A stretch of 64,000 nt of DNA from Mobula hypostoma (lineage: Eukaryota), in assembly GCF_963921235.1 (NCBI RefSeq), contig NC_086108.1, positions 55,802,001-55,866,000 on the forward strand, read 5' to 3'. Positions within the stretch are counted from its first letter, which is position 1. Each line of letters starts with the position of its first letter. Shown in pieces: positions 1-13,300 of this stretch. The notes beneath the pieces were generated by a model. That model was not told the DNA's origin, ran no database searches, and worked only from the letters and a program-made list of their open reading frames with translations. A program made the position numbers and the translations under genes.

Positions 1-739
1 ACAGGATGATTTATCTGGAATGCACACAAACAAAGCTTTACACTATATCTTGCTGTATGTGATTTTATTAAACCAATACCTATTTGTATAAAAATCATCA
101 TCGATGAGTCCAAAGTTCGGGACCTAGAGTTTGGAGTCCCATCCTCAGCAGACCTTTGGGCTGATACTGAAGTTCAATCAAAGGTCCAGAGGTCGATGCC
201 CGATGGTAGAAGCCAAGTCTGTGAGTCCAATAGGGAAGTCAGGGGTATGATCTCAGTGTCCATGAGTCCCATGGAAGCTGGAGGCCCATCCTGTCCTGGG
301 GTAGGAGGGTTGTCTGTCTGAGTGAGTGCGAGCGAGGAAAGGGACTCATTTGCTGTTGTTGTTTTGTTATTGTTTTCCTGTTGTTGATTTGCTTATTTTG
401 TTCTGCTAAACATGGTTGACATGCTACGTTGGTGCTGGAATGTGTGGCAACACTTATGGGCTCCCTCCAGCATATCCCTAGGTTGTGTTGGTTGTAATGC
501 CAACAATGCATTTTTCTGTATGTGTAAATGTATGTGATAAATAAATGAATCTGAAAGAGAGGTTTGGTCCTCTTATCTGCACTATTCCATATTGTTTCTA
601 CATTGTATCTGTTGGTCTTTAAGTTACTTGCTAATGGGAACAACTCCTCTCTACTCACACACTCTAAATCAATTCATGACCTTGTCCACCTCCATCAAAC
701 CTCCTCCTTCTCAACTCCAAGGAGGACAACATCAGCCCT

Positions 740-855
740 TTCCAGAACAACACGCACAAAATGCTGGATGAGCTCAGGAGGCATCTATGGAGAGGAATAA
801 GCAGCCAACATTTCAGTCTGAGACTCTTCCTCAGGACCCTTCCTTTTCCAGTCTG
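740..855 (-). repeat. Penelope terminal-repeat fragment
   Basis: Matches the AAATGCTGGAGGAACTCAGCAGG..GGCAGCATCT family seen at 9925 and 19720. Confidence 0.6.
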
Positions 856-1309
856 ATCTTATCGCTGAAATCTCTCATCCTGTGATAAGTGAAGTAACTC
901 CCTTCTTTAGCTTTTCTGAGATCACCAGTTCTTTTCTAAAATATGCTGCCTGAAGTCACACAGTGGTCCAGCTGTGGACAAACCTAATTCAAGATCACTT
1001 TAGAAAAATATTAGTGACTAAATATCTTGTAAGTTGCAAAGAAGAAGAAGATTTTGCTATCTTTGCAACCTCTCAGTGGCTCAAAACAGGCTCATTTTCA
1101 AACCTTTCGTTGTTCTAATGAAAGGTTAACTTTATACTCTCACTGAGCTACACATAATTTGAAAAAGTAGAACTGGGATTGGGATTGGAATTGGTTTATT
1201 ATTGTTACATGTACCAAGATACGGTGACAAGCTTGTCTTGCATACTCTTCATACAGATTAAATAATCACACAGTGTATTGGGGCAGAACAATGTAAAACA
1301 GTAACAGAA

Positions 1310-1612
1310 TGGGTGGCGCAGTGGTTAACAAAATGCTTTATGTCATCTGCGATTAGAATTAATTTCCTGTTGCTATCTGTAAGGAGTTTGTATGCTCTCC
1401 CCAAGGTGCTCCAATTTCCTCCCACATCCCAAAGACATACAAATTAGGGTCAGTAAACCGAGGCTGTGCTCTGTTGGTACCAGAAACATGGTGACATTTG
1501 CGGTCTGCCCTAGCACATCCTCAGACTGTGGTGGCACTTGCGCAAGTGACACACTTTACTGTATTTTTCATCGTTTTGATGTACATGTGACAAATGAAGC
1601 TAATCTTTATCC
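1310..1612 (+). repeat. tRNA-derived SINE remnant
   Basis: GTGGCGCAGTGGTTA A-box-like head, GTAAGGAGTTTGTATGCTCTCCCC body; related reverse copies near 37100-37390 and 59280-59420. Confidence 0.5.
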
Positions 1613-2389
1613 TTTAAAGTGTTATAGTTACAAAGAAAGAGCAGTTCTGCTAAACAATAAGGTACAAGATCAGAACGAGATAGAACGTGAGGTCTAAAAT
1701 CCAACTTATCACATTAGGGAAGTAAAGAAACTTATAGTCTTATAACGGCAGGGTAGAAGCTACTCTTGAGCTTTCATGCTTTCAGCTTTTGTATCTTGTC
1801 GAACAGGGGAGAAAAACGAATATCCAGAGTTATTGACTTCTTTGACTATGCTGGCTGCTTTACTGCGGCAGTAAGGACAGAATCCGTGGAGGGGAGACTG
1901 ATTCGTGATCTGATGAGCTGTGTCCAGAACTCTCTGCACTTTCCAAAGTGAAAAACCATAGCTTGTTCATCCCTATACTCATAAGACACAGTCTCTGTTC
2001 CAGGTAACATCCTGGCAAATCTCCTTTCTAAAGCTTCCATATCCTTCTTATAATGTGGTGACCAGAACTGAATACAATATTCCTATGTGTCTAACCAGGG
2101 TTTTATAGAACTGCTACATTTCCTCATGGTCATACCAAGTTAAAATTTCAATGAAGAGCATTATGTAAGACTAGACAACGGGGTGACCTGTTGGGCACCC
2201 TTTGAGAGAAGGGTAGTACAGTCTGATGTGACCAGAATGAACATTAAATTTTCCTGATCACTTTGTTTTGGAAATTGAAGAAGAAAACCTCAGTTTATTA
2301 AAGAAGAACAACGTGTAGCAAGGCAAATATAGCTCCTCCTCGTTTAATGAAGGACACTTTTGATGGCATCATTTCTGGTTGATCTGCCA

Positions 2390-2830
2390 TCCTTGTGCCT
2401 CTCTTTGTCATTCTGGAGATGTGCGATCCTTTCATCCGTCATCTCTTCATCTCTTCTGCTGTTTATTCTTTATCTCTGATCTTGGAGAAGTGCATTTCTC
2501 TGCTCCTTTGTCTCTTCCTCTCTCCTCCTTCTGTGCCTGTTTTTGTCATTCTGGAGATGTGCAGCCCTTTCATTCCCCCGTCTCTTCTGCTGTTTGTCTC
2601 TGATCCTGGAGACGTGCATTTCTCAGGTCCTTTGTCTCTTCCTCTCTCCTCCTTCTATGCCAGTTGTTGTCATCTTGGAGACGTGCATGCCTCTTCTCCT
2701 CTGTCTCTTCTTCTCTCATCTTTTTTGTCCTGACTCTTTGATCCTGGAGTTGTGCGGCACTGGCCTCATCCGATTCTTGTTCTCTCCCTCTCCTTGCCAC
2801 TTCCCAGTGGCGCTTGGCGTCATCTCTTGA
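2390..2830. repeat. Degenerate pyrimidine-rich minisatellite, about 60-70 bp unit with dimeric higher-order structure
   Basis: Recurring (G)TCATTCTGGAGATGTGC / ATCTTGGAGACGTGCAT at about 2407, 2479, 2545, 2603, 2671, 2741. Confidence 0.8.
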
Positions 2831-3098
2831 CTATATTGTCCCCCTTCTGTTTCCACACAGCATAATTAGGCTGACCATATTTTTTTTTACCCTAATGCTG
2901 GATAAGAGATACAAAGCAGCAACACCAAAGCATCCAGGATGCTGATTATTCTTGATGATGTGGTTGGCGCTCTCCTAAATGGACGTGATATAGTTACCGC
3001 TGTCCTTTGACTGCAGCAAAGGGTTTGATGGGTGTCTCGAAGTACATCATTACAATAAGATTTATTTATCTCTTATTGATGGGTTTCTTATTGGTGTT

Positions 3099-3318
3099 GG
3101 GCACCTGGCCAAGTGGTTAAGGCGTTCGTCTAGTGATTTGTAGGTCACTAGTTTGAGCCTCAGCTGTGGCAGTGTGTTAGTGTCCTTGAGCAAGGCACGT
3201 AATCACACATTACTCTAGTCTGTGTGAGGAGTGGCGCCCCACACAGACTTCCAATCTGTGCCTTGTAAGGCATGAAAATGCCTGACATAGGCCTCTCATG
3301 GTCTGAGTCGACGTTCCT
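3099..3318 (+). mobile_element. tRNA-derived SINE
   Basis: A box TGGCCAAGTGG (3106-3116), B-box-like GTTTGAGCC (3151-3159), then GTGTCCTTGAGCAAGGCAC body. Confidence 0.7.
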
Positions 3319-3734
3319 GATGGATCTCAGTTTGATCTGTTCCAATCCTGCACATGCTGATGGTGATTAGCAGAAAATGACTGCTCAAAATAGATCTGCC
3401 CTGCCCTTTTGCTCTGGTTGGTGTCGCTGCTGTGAGCATTGTGAGTTGCTTCTGAGGCTGGCAGTGCGCATGTGTCGCGGTTTCCATCATGGCTGACATC
3501 GGCTCGGGTGAATGCAGGCTGTTGATTTTGGCGAGTGAGCAATTTTATAGGAATATATAACCCTGAACTTTGCCTGCATTCTGTAAGTTTGTGCATTTTA
3601 AGTCGATTTAGCCAAAAATAGTGCCGCTGTAATGCACCATTTGTGCCAATTGGAGGTCACAAACAGACAAACAGAGCATGAGAGTTTTAGTAGTATATAG
3701 ATAAATAGAAATTCCATCTGATAATAGCATCACA

Positions 3735-4585
3735 TTTAGATTCATAGACAGGTACAGCACGGAAACAGACTCTTTGGCCCATCTAGTCCATGCTGAAACC
3801 ATTTATACTGCCAACCCCCCCCCCATCGACCTGCTCGGGGACCAAAACCTCCATATCCCTACTATTCATGTACCTATCCAAATTTTTCTTAAATGTTGAA
3901 ACTGAACACGTATGCACCACTTGTGCTTGCAGTTAATTCCACACTCTCACAACCCTCTGAGTGAAGACGTTTTCCTTCATGTTGCTCTTAAATTTCTCAC
4001 CTTTCACCCTTAACCCATGACCTCTGGTTGCAGTCCCACCCAACATCAGGGTAAATACAAACAGGCTTTTTCCACTATCTGTACCCCTCATAATTCTGTA
4101 TACTCAAATCTCCTCTCAGCCTTCTACTTTCTAAAGAATATGCTCCTATCCTATTCAGTCGTCCTTGTAACTTGGGTCCTCCAGACCTAGCAACATCCTT
4201 GTAAATTTTTGCTGCATTCTTTAAAACTTGTTTCCATCTTTCCTATAGCTAAGTGACCAGACCTCCACACGATTCTACAAATTGGGTTTCACCCATGTCT
4301 TATACAACCTCATGCAAGTTGTATATAACATCCCATCTTCAGTACTCAATACATTGATTGATGAATACCAATATGCCAAAAGCTTGCTTTATGACCCTAT
4401 CTATCCGTGAAGCCACTTTTAACAAATTATGTACCTGTATTCCCAGATCTCTGTTTGACCACACCCATTAATGCCCTACTGTTCACTGTGTAAGACCTAC
4501 CCTGGTTGGTCCTACTGAAGTGCAAAACCCTTGCACTTGTCTGCATTAAATTCCATCTGCTATTTTTCAGCTCTTTTTTCCAGCT
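3735..4585 (-). mobile_element. CR1-type LINE 3' fragment
   Basis: Reverse complement of a CR1 RT C-terminus/3' UTR; ORF track ends MVSAWTRWAKESVSVLY. Confidence 0.7.
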
Positions 4586-4849
4586 GATGCAGATTTACAG
4601 TGATTATAAGATGCAAAACAAAACTCAACAAGAGATAAAGAACTATGGTGGAGAGGAAACAGAGCAAAAAGTGGATCAACACACTTCTATTGCATTTGAG
4701 AATATTCATTCACAGGCCTGTAAAACTAACGTGGTCACTCAATGATTACAGTGGAGAATACTTGCAAGTATTTCAAGAAAACAAAATAAATTTAAATTAA
4801 GAAGTCTTTTCAGCACAACGTAATTCATTCAAAATAAAATGATAGCATT

Positions 4850-7012
4850 GTGGGGCAAGTGAAGTTGAGTGAAGTTATCCCCTTTGGTTCAAAAGCATAA
4901 TGGTTGAGGGGCAATAATTGTTCCTGAATCTGGTGGTGTTGGTCCTGAGGCCCCTGTACCTTTTTCCTGGTGGCAGCAGTGAGAAGAGAGCATGGCCTGG
5001 GAGTTTGGGACCCCTGATGATGGATGCTGCATTCCTGCGACAACGCTTTATGTTGATGTGCTCAATCGTGGGAAGACCTTTACCTGCGATGGACTGGACC
5101 ATATCCACTAATTTTGTAGGATTTTCCATTCAGGGCATTGGCGTTTCCATACTAGGCTGTGATGCAGACAATGGATATAGCCTTTACTACACATCTACAG
5201 AAGTTTGTCAAAAGTTTAGATGTCCTGATGAATCTTTGCAAACTCCTAAGGAAGTAGAGGCACTGCCAAGCTTCCTTCGTAATTGCACTTACTTTCTGGG
5301 CCCAGGACAGGTCCTCCAGTGTAATAACTGAGGAATTTAAAATTGCTGACTCCCTCCACCTTTGACCCTCCAATAAGGACTGGCACCAGTATCTTTGGTT
5401 TCCTCCTCCTGAAGTCAATAATCAGCTTCTTGGTCTTGCTGATGTTGAGTATTGAGTAAGAGGTTGTTGCTGTGGCATTCAGATGGATTTTAAGCCCCTC
5501 CCCTATATGCTGATTTGTCACCACCTTTGATTTGGCCTACATCAGCAAACTTGAATGGGGCTTTGGAGCTGTGCTTAGCCACACAGTCATACATGTAAAT
5601 CAGGTAGGGCAGGGGTGAGAGCACATGGCTTTGTGGTGCACCTGTGCTGATGGTGAAGATGTTGTTGCTAATCTGAACTGACTGCGTTTTGCAAGTCAGG
5701 AAATCAAGGATCTAATTGCACAAGGAGGTATTGCAGACAAGGTTTTGAAGCTTATTGATTAGTTTTGAGGGGATGTTGGTATTGAATGACAAGCTGTGGC
5801 TGATAAAGAGCATCCTGATGTATGCATCTTTGCTGTCTAGATATTCCAGGGTTGAGTAAAGATCCAATGAAGTGGTATCTGCTGTGGATGTGTTGCTCCA
5901 GTAGGTAATTGGAGCAGATCCAAGTCAAATCTCAGGCAAACTGTAATTACAAAAGAAAATAAATAAACAAGCAATAAAAATATCAAAAACATGAGATGAC
6001 ATGCCCTTGAAGTCAAGTCCATAGGTTCTGGGAACAGATAGGACATGGGAACAGAATTAAGCCATTCAACCCTTCAAGTCTGCTTTGCCATTTGATCATG
6101 GCTGGTCTATTTTCCATCTCAACTTTTAGTGTTGGAGTTGAGTGAAGTTATCCCCACTGGTTCAAAAGCCTGATGGTTGAGGGGTAATAATTGTTCCTGA
6201 ACATGGTGGTGTGGGTCCTGAAGCTCCTGTACCTTCTTCCTGATGGCAGCTGTGAGAAGAGAGCATGGCCTGTGTGGTGGGAGTCCCTGATGATGGATGC
6301 TGCTTTTCTGTGATGGTGCTCCTTGTAAATGTGTTCAGTTACCCGTGACGGACTGACCCATATCCATTACTTTTTATATGATTTTCTGTTTAAGGGCATC
6401 ACTGTTTTCATACCAGGCCAAGTCAGATTCATGTTTATTATCACTGGAAAGGTTATGAAATTTTATGCTTTGCAGCAGCAGTACAGTGAAAATATATAAA
6501 ATTACAAGTTAGAATACAAAATTAAAATTAGTTCAAAAATTGAACAACTAGTGACGTATTGTTTATCGGCTCAGAAATCCGATGGCAGAGAGGAACAAGC
6601 CACTCCTAAAACTTTGATTGTGTGTTTTAAGGTTCCTGTACTTCTTCTCTGATGATAGTAATGAGAAGAGGGCATGTTCTGGGAGCTGAGTGTCCTTAAT
6701 GATGGATGCTATCTTTTTGAGGCCCTGCTTTGTGAAGATGTCTTCTATGGTGGGGAGACTAGTACCCATGATGGAGCTGGTTGAGTTTACAGCAGCTTTT
6801 TACAATCCTTTGCATGGGTGCCTCCATATCAGACAGTGAAGCAACCAGTCAGAATGCTCTAATGGTACATCTATAGAATTTGTTAACATGTTTGGGGATA
6901 TACCAAAACTCCTCAGACTCCTAATGAAATATGGCCACTGGTGTGCCTTCATAATTGCATCAAAATGTTGGATAAATCTTCAGAAACATTGATATCCAGG
7001 AACTGGAAGCTG
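4850..7012 (-). mobile_element. Cluster of Rex1/Babar-like LINE 3' fragments
   Basis: Frameshifted peptides LNISKTKKLIIDFRR, LYFLRSLQRF..LLTNFCRCVV, AASIIRGPKLPGHALFSLLPPGKRYR, repeated at about 6130-6420 and 6540-7010; another copy at 7780-8260. Confidence 0.7.
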
Positions 7013-9881
7013 AATGTGAGTAAGTTCTAATTCTTTCAAAATAAAAGCAACCATGAAACTACGAGGTTGTCATATTAAAAACACACACACACACCCCTAC
7101 ACCTGGTTCACTAATGTCCTTTAAGACAGAAGATATGTCATTCCTACCTTGTGATTTTTAATAACTGTTGTCTCAATTCGCGGGAAATTGAGGGAAGGAT
7201 AATAAATCTCAGTTACAGCCACATTCTGTGAAAGATTAAATAAAAGTACTTTAATTTTCCCCAAATGTAACATAGTTGTTTTTGAAAGAATTCCTAGGAT
7301 TTTGACTTCACTTTTCTCTGTAGATTTATTTTCTTTACTTAAGGCCAAAGCCAGCAAATTACACAAGAGGCTGGACATCCTTGAGTACGGCTCGCCACCT
7401 ACTCCCCAAAGGATTCCTGTATTTGCACAGGAAACATTGGGAATATTTTTGTCAGAATGAATGAATTTCAACCCCTTCCAAGATAGACCATCCTGTCCGA
7501 ATGCAATTACATCTACTGCCTTAGCATTTGCTCCCCTCACCTGTGACATACAGTGACTAGAGACATCCATCTACAAAATGCATCATACGTGTTCCTTGAA
7601 CCTATTCCAATACCTCTTAAACTAACAGTCTTAACCAGCTAGAAAAACATGGGGAAAGCATATATCACAACACCGACATTTCCAAGATTTCCTTTAGATC
7701 GCTATTGTGACCCGAAAATATATTCTTGTTCCTTTATTATCATTGGGCCTAAATCCAGGAACTTCCTACGCAACATTCAGAGTCAGAATCAGGTTTAATA
7801 ACATTGGCATATGTCATGAAATTTGTTCTTTTGCAATAGCAGTACAGTGCAAAACCTAATAAAAATATAAATTACGGTAATAATATATATACAGAATATA
7901 AATTAAATAAGTATTGCAGTATTGCAAAAGTTGTCCTTTCAGAAATGTGATGGCAGAGGAGAGGAAGCTGTTCCTGAAATGTTGAGTGTTTGTCTCCATA
8001 CACCTCTACCTCCTCCTTAAATGGTAGCAATGGGAACAGGGCATGTTCTGAGGATGGTGATGAGGATACATAATGGTGGATGTTGCCTTTGTGAGGCATC
8101 AACCTTTGAAGATGTCCTCAATGCTGAGAAGGCTATTGCTCATGATGGAGCTGACTGAGTTTGCAATGTTTTGCAGCTTTTTACAATCCTGTACAGTGGC
8201 TCCTCCATACCATACAGAGATGCAGCTATACAGAGTGCTCTCCATGATGCCTCTGCAGAAAATCCATCAGCTGGGGGCTGTAAGGGTTCAGAAGGCAGCT
8301 TAGCACCATCTTCATGGGAACAACTATGAGTATGCTTTAAATATTATCCACCAGTAAATGAATTAAAATTTCCTACAGTAAAATCTAATTAGTACCTGGA
8401 ATGAAAAAACATACCAGTTCATGAAAGGTAAGAGGTGATAAGTCACATAGAAAAGAAATTGAGTGCAATATCTGAACAGAATATTTGCTGATTACCAGTG
8501 GAAGGTTATCACAGGTGATTCCACAACATTATATAAGATAAAGGACATGAGGTCAATGAGAGAGGAACAGTTTGTAGAATTGGAAGGCGAGAGGGTGGGT
8601 GGTGGTCATGAGGTAAAAGACTGTAGAAAGGAGAGGTGGAAGAGAGCACAGAGGATTAGAATGGAGGAGGGGAAATTGAAGGAATAGAGAGAAGGTAGGA
8701 AATTAGAGAACTGGGGAGAATGCAAGGAATTGTAAGAGTGGGCAAAGAGGGTGGGGACTGGAATGTGGTGAGCTGGGAGTAGAAACAATCGTATTCCCAC
8801 TCCGATCAGGGTGGAGGCTGCATAACATCCATGTTTGGACCACCAGACTCAAACACAGTTCCTTTTTCCCAAGTAGTAAGGCTAATCAACACCTCCACCC
8901 ACTAACCCACCCCTCCACATTCCCCACCACCACTATTTTATTCATTTTCTGTCAGAGTCATCTTATGCACAGGCACTCCTGTACCTAGAGTCACTGTATG
9001 TATAGACAATCAATCTATACAACCATCTTATGTATTTATAATTGTTTTTATTAGTGTTCTTATCTTAATTTTTGGGGGGGGGGGCTGCATTGGGTCTGGA
9101 GTAATGATAATTTCATTCTCCTTTACATGTGTGCACTGGAAAATGATATTAAACGATCCTGAACCTTGAATTTTGAGAAAGGACGGGGAGGGAGCAGAAA
9201 TCGGAACAAGGAAAGGACTTGGAATGTAAACGAAAGAAAATGTATATGGGCAGAGAAAGAAATCCAAGAGTGAAAAGGACTAAGATTCAGAGTTGGGGGG
9301 AAAAAAAATCAGAGGAGCTTGCTACGTAGAAGATTTGGAGTTCAATTAAGTAAAGGGCAAATTGAAGGGAGCAAATGGAGAGGACTGGAGGGGAAAGAAT
9401 ACTGTGTATCGGGAATGGTTAGTCAGAAAGGGAAATACAAACTACTGGAGGAGTTCAGCAGGTTCCTTTAACCATACATCTAACATGCCACTCCCCTGTG
9501 TCAGTTGCCAGTGTGCACTGCTGCATGACAATGGTGCCAGTCAGTCTAATTGGTTTTATTGTATTGCTTACACTGTCTGAATGCACTTTGCATCCACAAA
9601 TTTTGTAATTTTATTGTATATTAATGTGTGCACTCATCGCTGTCAAAATATGAGATCCATTAAAAATTAGATATGTACCTCTCTCAGGTCATCTGTCAGC
9701 CTCCTTCACCCCACAGAATGTAAACCCAGCTTTTCAGATCCCTCCTCATATTTATGGTCTTCAGATCCAGACCGTATCCTGGTGACTGCTCTCTGTGGTG
9801 CAACCACATCCTTCCTATGGTGCGGTGACTAGAACTGCATACATAGAGTGCAGTCTAACCAGTGATTTGTAAACTATAAAT

Positions 9882-10130
9882 ATGAGAAAGTCTGAAGATG
9901 CTGGAAATCCAAAGTGCCACACACAAAATGCTGGAGGAATTCAGCAGGCCAGGCAGCATCTACGGAAAAGAGTAAACAGTCAACATTACCCTCCCCCCGC
10001 CATTTTTTATTCTGGCATCTTCCCCCTTCCTTCTCAGTCCTGAAGAAGGGTCTCAGCCTGAAATGTCAACTATATCTCGTTTCAATAGATGCTGCCTGAC
10101 CTGTTGAGTTCCTGTAGCATTTTCTCTGTA
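9882..10130. repeat. Inverted pair of Penelope terminal-repeat fragments
   Basis: About 9925-9985 is the reverse complement of about 10062-10125. Confidence 0.7.
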
Positions 10131-10382
10131 AAGATCTGTAAAGTTTCATACAGCAACCCTGCTTTTATTTTTCTTTCCCAATCTATGAAGGCAAATGTGC
10201 CATATCCTTCCTTACGACCCCATCTACCAATGTGGCTGCTTTCAGGGAATTATATTGCAGACAAATCCCAAGATACCTCTGTACGTTAACACTCCTTCGT
10301 GCACTAAGACATACTGGATATGTGAAATCTCATCTGACTTCCAAAGTGTGTCATTTTATGCTTATGGATTAAGTCCCATAAA

Positions 10383-13300
10383 CTCGCAGGATGAGGTTTT
10401 CCCTTCTAGATCATCAGAGATGTCCCCCTTCTTCGAAGCACAGAATTTCCCTTCCTCCACCACTGATGCTGCCCTCACCCACATCTCCATTTCCTGGATA
10501 TCCACACTCACCACATCTTCCTGCCGCCTTAACAGGGACAGAGTTCCTCTTGCCCTGCCCTCACCTACTAAGCCCATGAGCCTCTGCATCCAATATATCA
10601 TTCTCTACAACTTCTGCCATTTTCAATGGAACCTTACACATCTTTACCTCTCCCCCCCACCCCGCTGCGATTGCTCCCTCCATGATTCTGTCATCCATTC
10701 GTAACTCCCCCCTAACCCCCTTCACTGCCCCTGCCCCGGTCTTATCTCTGAACATGACAGAGATCTCCTCCTCCTCCATCAGCCCCATTCAGGGCCCCAA
10801 ACAGTCCTTCCAGGTGAGGCAACATTTCATCTGTAAATCCCTTTCCAACACTTCGGTTCATGGCCTCCTATTCCGCCATTATTGTCACTAATCATAAAAC
10901 AAAATAACTAAAATAACTGGGCCCAGAACACACACACCTTTATGAAACAAACATTATTTATTTTATTTGTGCACCAGGAGAACAGAATGGGCCCCTGTCA
11001 CCCACACTGTTCTGAATCCTGAACAGATATTTGATTATTTTTAATGCAGAATTGGCTTATCGGTTATGGATATTGACCATTTGGTAACTTATGCACATTT
11101 GAATTCCTTACTTGCAAGATCAACAACCATTCACAATAGAGGCGATAAGAGTCAGTCAAAACTTCAAGCAGACAACCAATTATTTGGATATTTGAATAGG
11201 TTCCTAACATATTCTGGTATCTGTCCCCCACTTTTCCTTCACTACATCGATGACTGCATTGGTGCTGCTTCCTGCACACATGCTGAGCTTGTTGACTTCA
11301 TTAACTTTGCCTCCAACTTTCACCCTGCCCTCAAGTTTACCTGGTCCATTTCCGACACCTCCCTCCCCTTTCTAGATCTTCCTGTCTCTATCTCTGGAGA
11401 CAGCTTATCTACTGATGTCTACTATAAGCCTACTGACTCTCACAGCTATCTGGACTATTCCTCTTCTCACCCTGTCTCTTGCAAAAATGCCACCCCCTCT
11501 CGCAATTCCTCCGTCTCCTCCGCATCTGCTCTCAGGATGAGGCTTTTCATTCCAGGACAAAGGAGATGTCCTCCTTTTTTAAAGAAAGGGGCTTCCCTTC
11601 CTCCACCATCAACCCTGCTCTCAAATGCATCTCCCCCATTTCACGCACATCTGTTCTCACTCCATCCTCCCTCCAGCCCACTAGGAATAGGGTTCCCCTG
11701 GTTCTCACCTACCACCTCACCAGCCTCCGGGTCCAAACATATAATTCTCCGTAACTTCCGCCACCTCCAACAGGATCCCACCACTAAGCACATCTTTCCC
11801 TCCCCCACCCCTGCTTTCTGCAGGGATTGCTCCCTACGCGACTTCTTTGTCCATTCGTCCCCCCCCATCCCTCCCCACCAATCTCCCTCCTGGCACTTAT
11901 CCTTGTAAGCAGAACAAGTGCTACACATGCCCTTACACTTCCTCCCTCACCAGCTTTCAGGGCCCCAGACAGTCCTTCCAGGTGAGGCGACACTTCACCT
12001 GTGAGTCGGCTGGGGGTGATATACTATGTCTGGTGCTCCCGATGTGGCCTTCTACATATTGGCGAGACCCGACGCAGACTGGGAGATCGTTTCACTGAAC
12101 ACCTATGCTCCGTCCGCCAGAGAAAGCAGGATCTCCCAGTGGCCACACATTTTAATTCCACGTCCCATTTCCATTCTGATATGTCTATCCACGGCCACAG
12201 TCATCGATGTAGCAAAGGAAAAGTGGGGAACAAATACCAGAATAGGTTACTGGCCTCTTACCTCTTCTCTTTACCTGCCTGCCATCTCCCCCTGTGCTCC
12301 TCCTTCCTCTCATGATCTACTTTCCCCTCCTTTCAGATTCCTTCTTCTCCAGCCCTTTGCCTTTTCCACCTATCAGCTTCCAGCTTCTTATTTCATCCCC
12401 TCCACCACCTATCACCTACTACCTTGTCGTATGCCCCCCCCCCCACTTTCTTATTCTGGCATCTTCCCCCTTCCTTTCTAGTCTGGCTGAAGGGTCTCGG
12501 CCCAAAAAGTTGGCATCATTTCCATAGATGCCGCCTGACCTGAGTTCCTGAAACATTTTGTGTGCGAGCCCTGGTATAACCAATTCCCCTCCACCGCCAC
12601 TCTCCTCCATCTGGTGGAACTGATTCTCACTCTCAATAATTTCACCTTTGCCTCTGCCCACTTCCTTCAAACAAAATGTGTAGCCATGGGCACTCACATG
12701 GATCCTAGCTATCCCTGCCTTTTTGTTGGCTATGTGGAATAGTCTATGTTTGAAGCCTACACTGTTATTACTCCACACTTTTCCTATGCCACATCAACAA
12801 TTGCATTGGTGCTGCTTCCTGCACCCATGCCGAGCTCGTCGACTTCATAAGCTTGGCCTCCAACTTCCACCCTGCCCTCAAATTTATCTGGTCCATTTCT
12901 GACACCTCCTTCCCCCTTTTCGATCTCTGTCTCTATCACTGGAGACAGCTTATCTACTGATAAACCCATTGATTCTCATAGCTACCTGGACTATACTTCT
13001 TCCAACTCTGTGTCTTGTGAAAATGCCATCTCCATTGCCAATACACCTGCTCTCAGGATGCAGCTTTTCATTCCAGAACTAAGGTGATGTCCTCCTTCAA
13101 AGAAAGGGACTTCCCTCTCTCTATCATCAACACTGCCCTCACCTTCATCCCTTCCATTTTGCACACATCTGTCCGCACTCCATCCTCCCTCCACCCCACC
13201 AGGGACTGGATCACTCATCTTCATCTACCACCCGATCAGCTTCCATATCCAGCACATAATTCTCTGTAACTTCCTCCAATGGGAACCCACCACCCAGCAC

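Noticed and set aside
2379..2830. Overlapping ORFs or CRISPR-like array
   Set aside because: Degenerate tandem repeat with no unique spacers, in a vertebrate context.
3099..3175. Possible tRNA gene
   Set aside because: tRNA-like head runs into a SINE body; acceptor stem and B box are degenerate.
7121..7570. 149-aa minus-strand ORF
   Set aside because: No recognisable domain or splice structure; AT-rich and likely chance.
8540..9430. Purine-rich tract as coding or triplex element
   Set aside because: Low-complexity GA-rich sequence interrupted by a LINE tail; no mirror symmetry or periodicity that I could verify.
11066..11908. Longest ORF (280 aa) as a new gene
   Set aside because: Penelope RT fragment fused to flanking DNA by chance; it shifts frame after CKNA.
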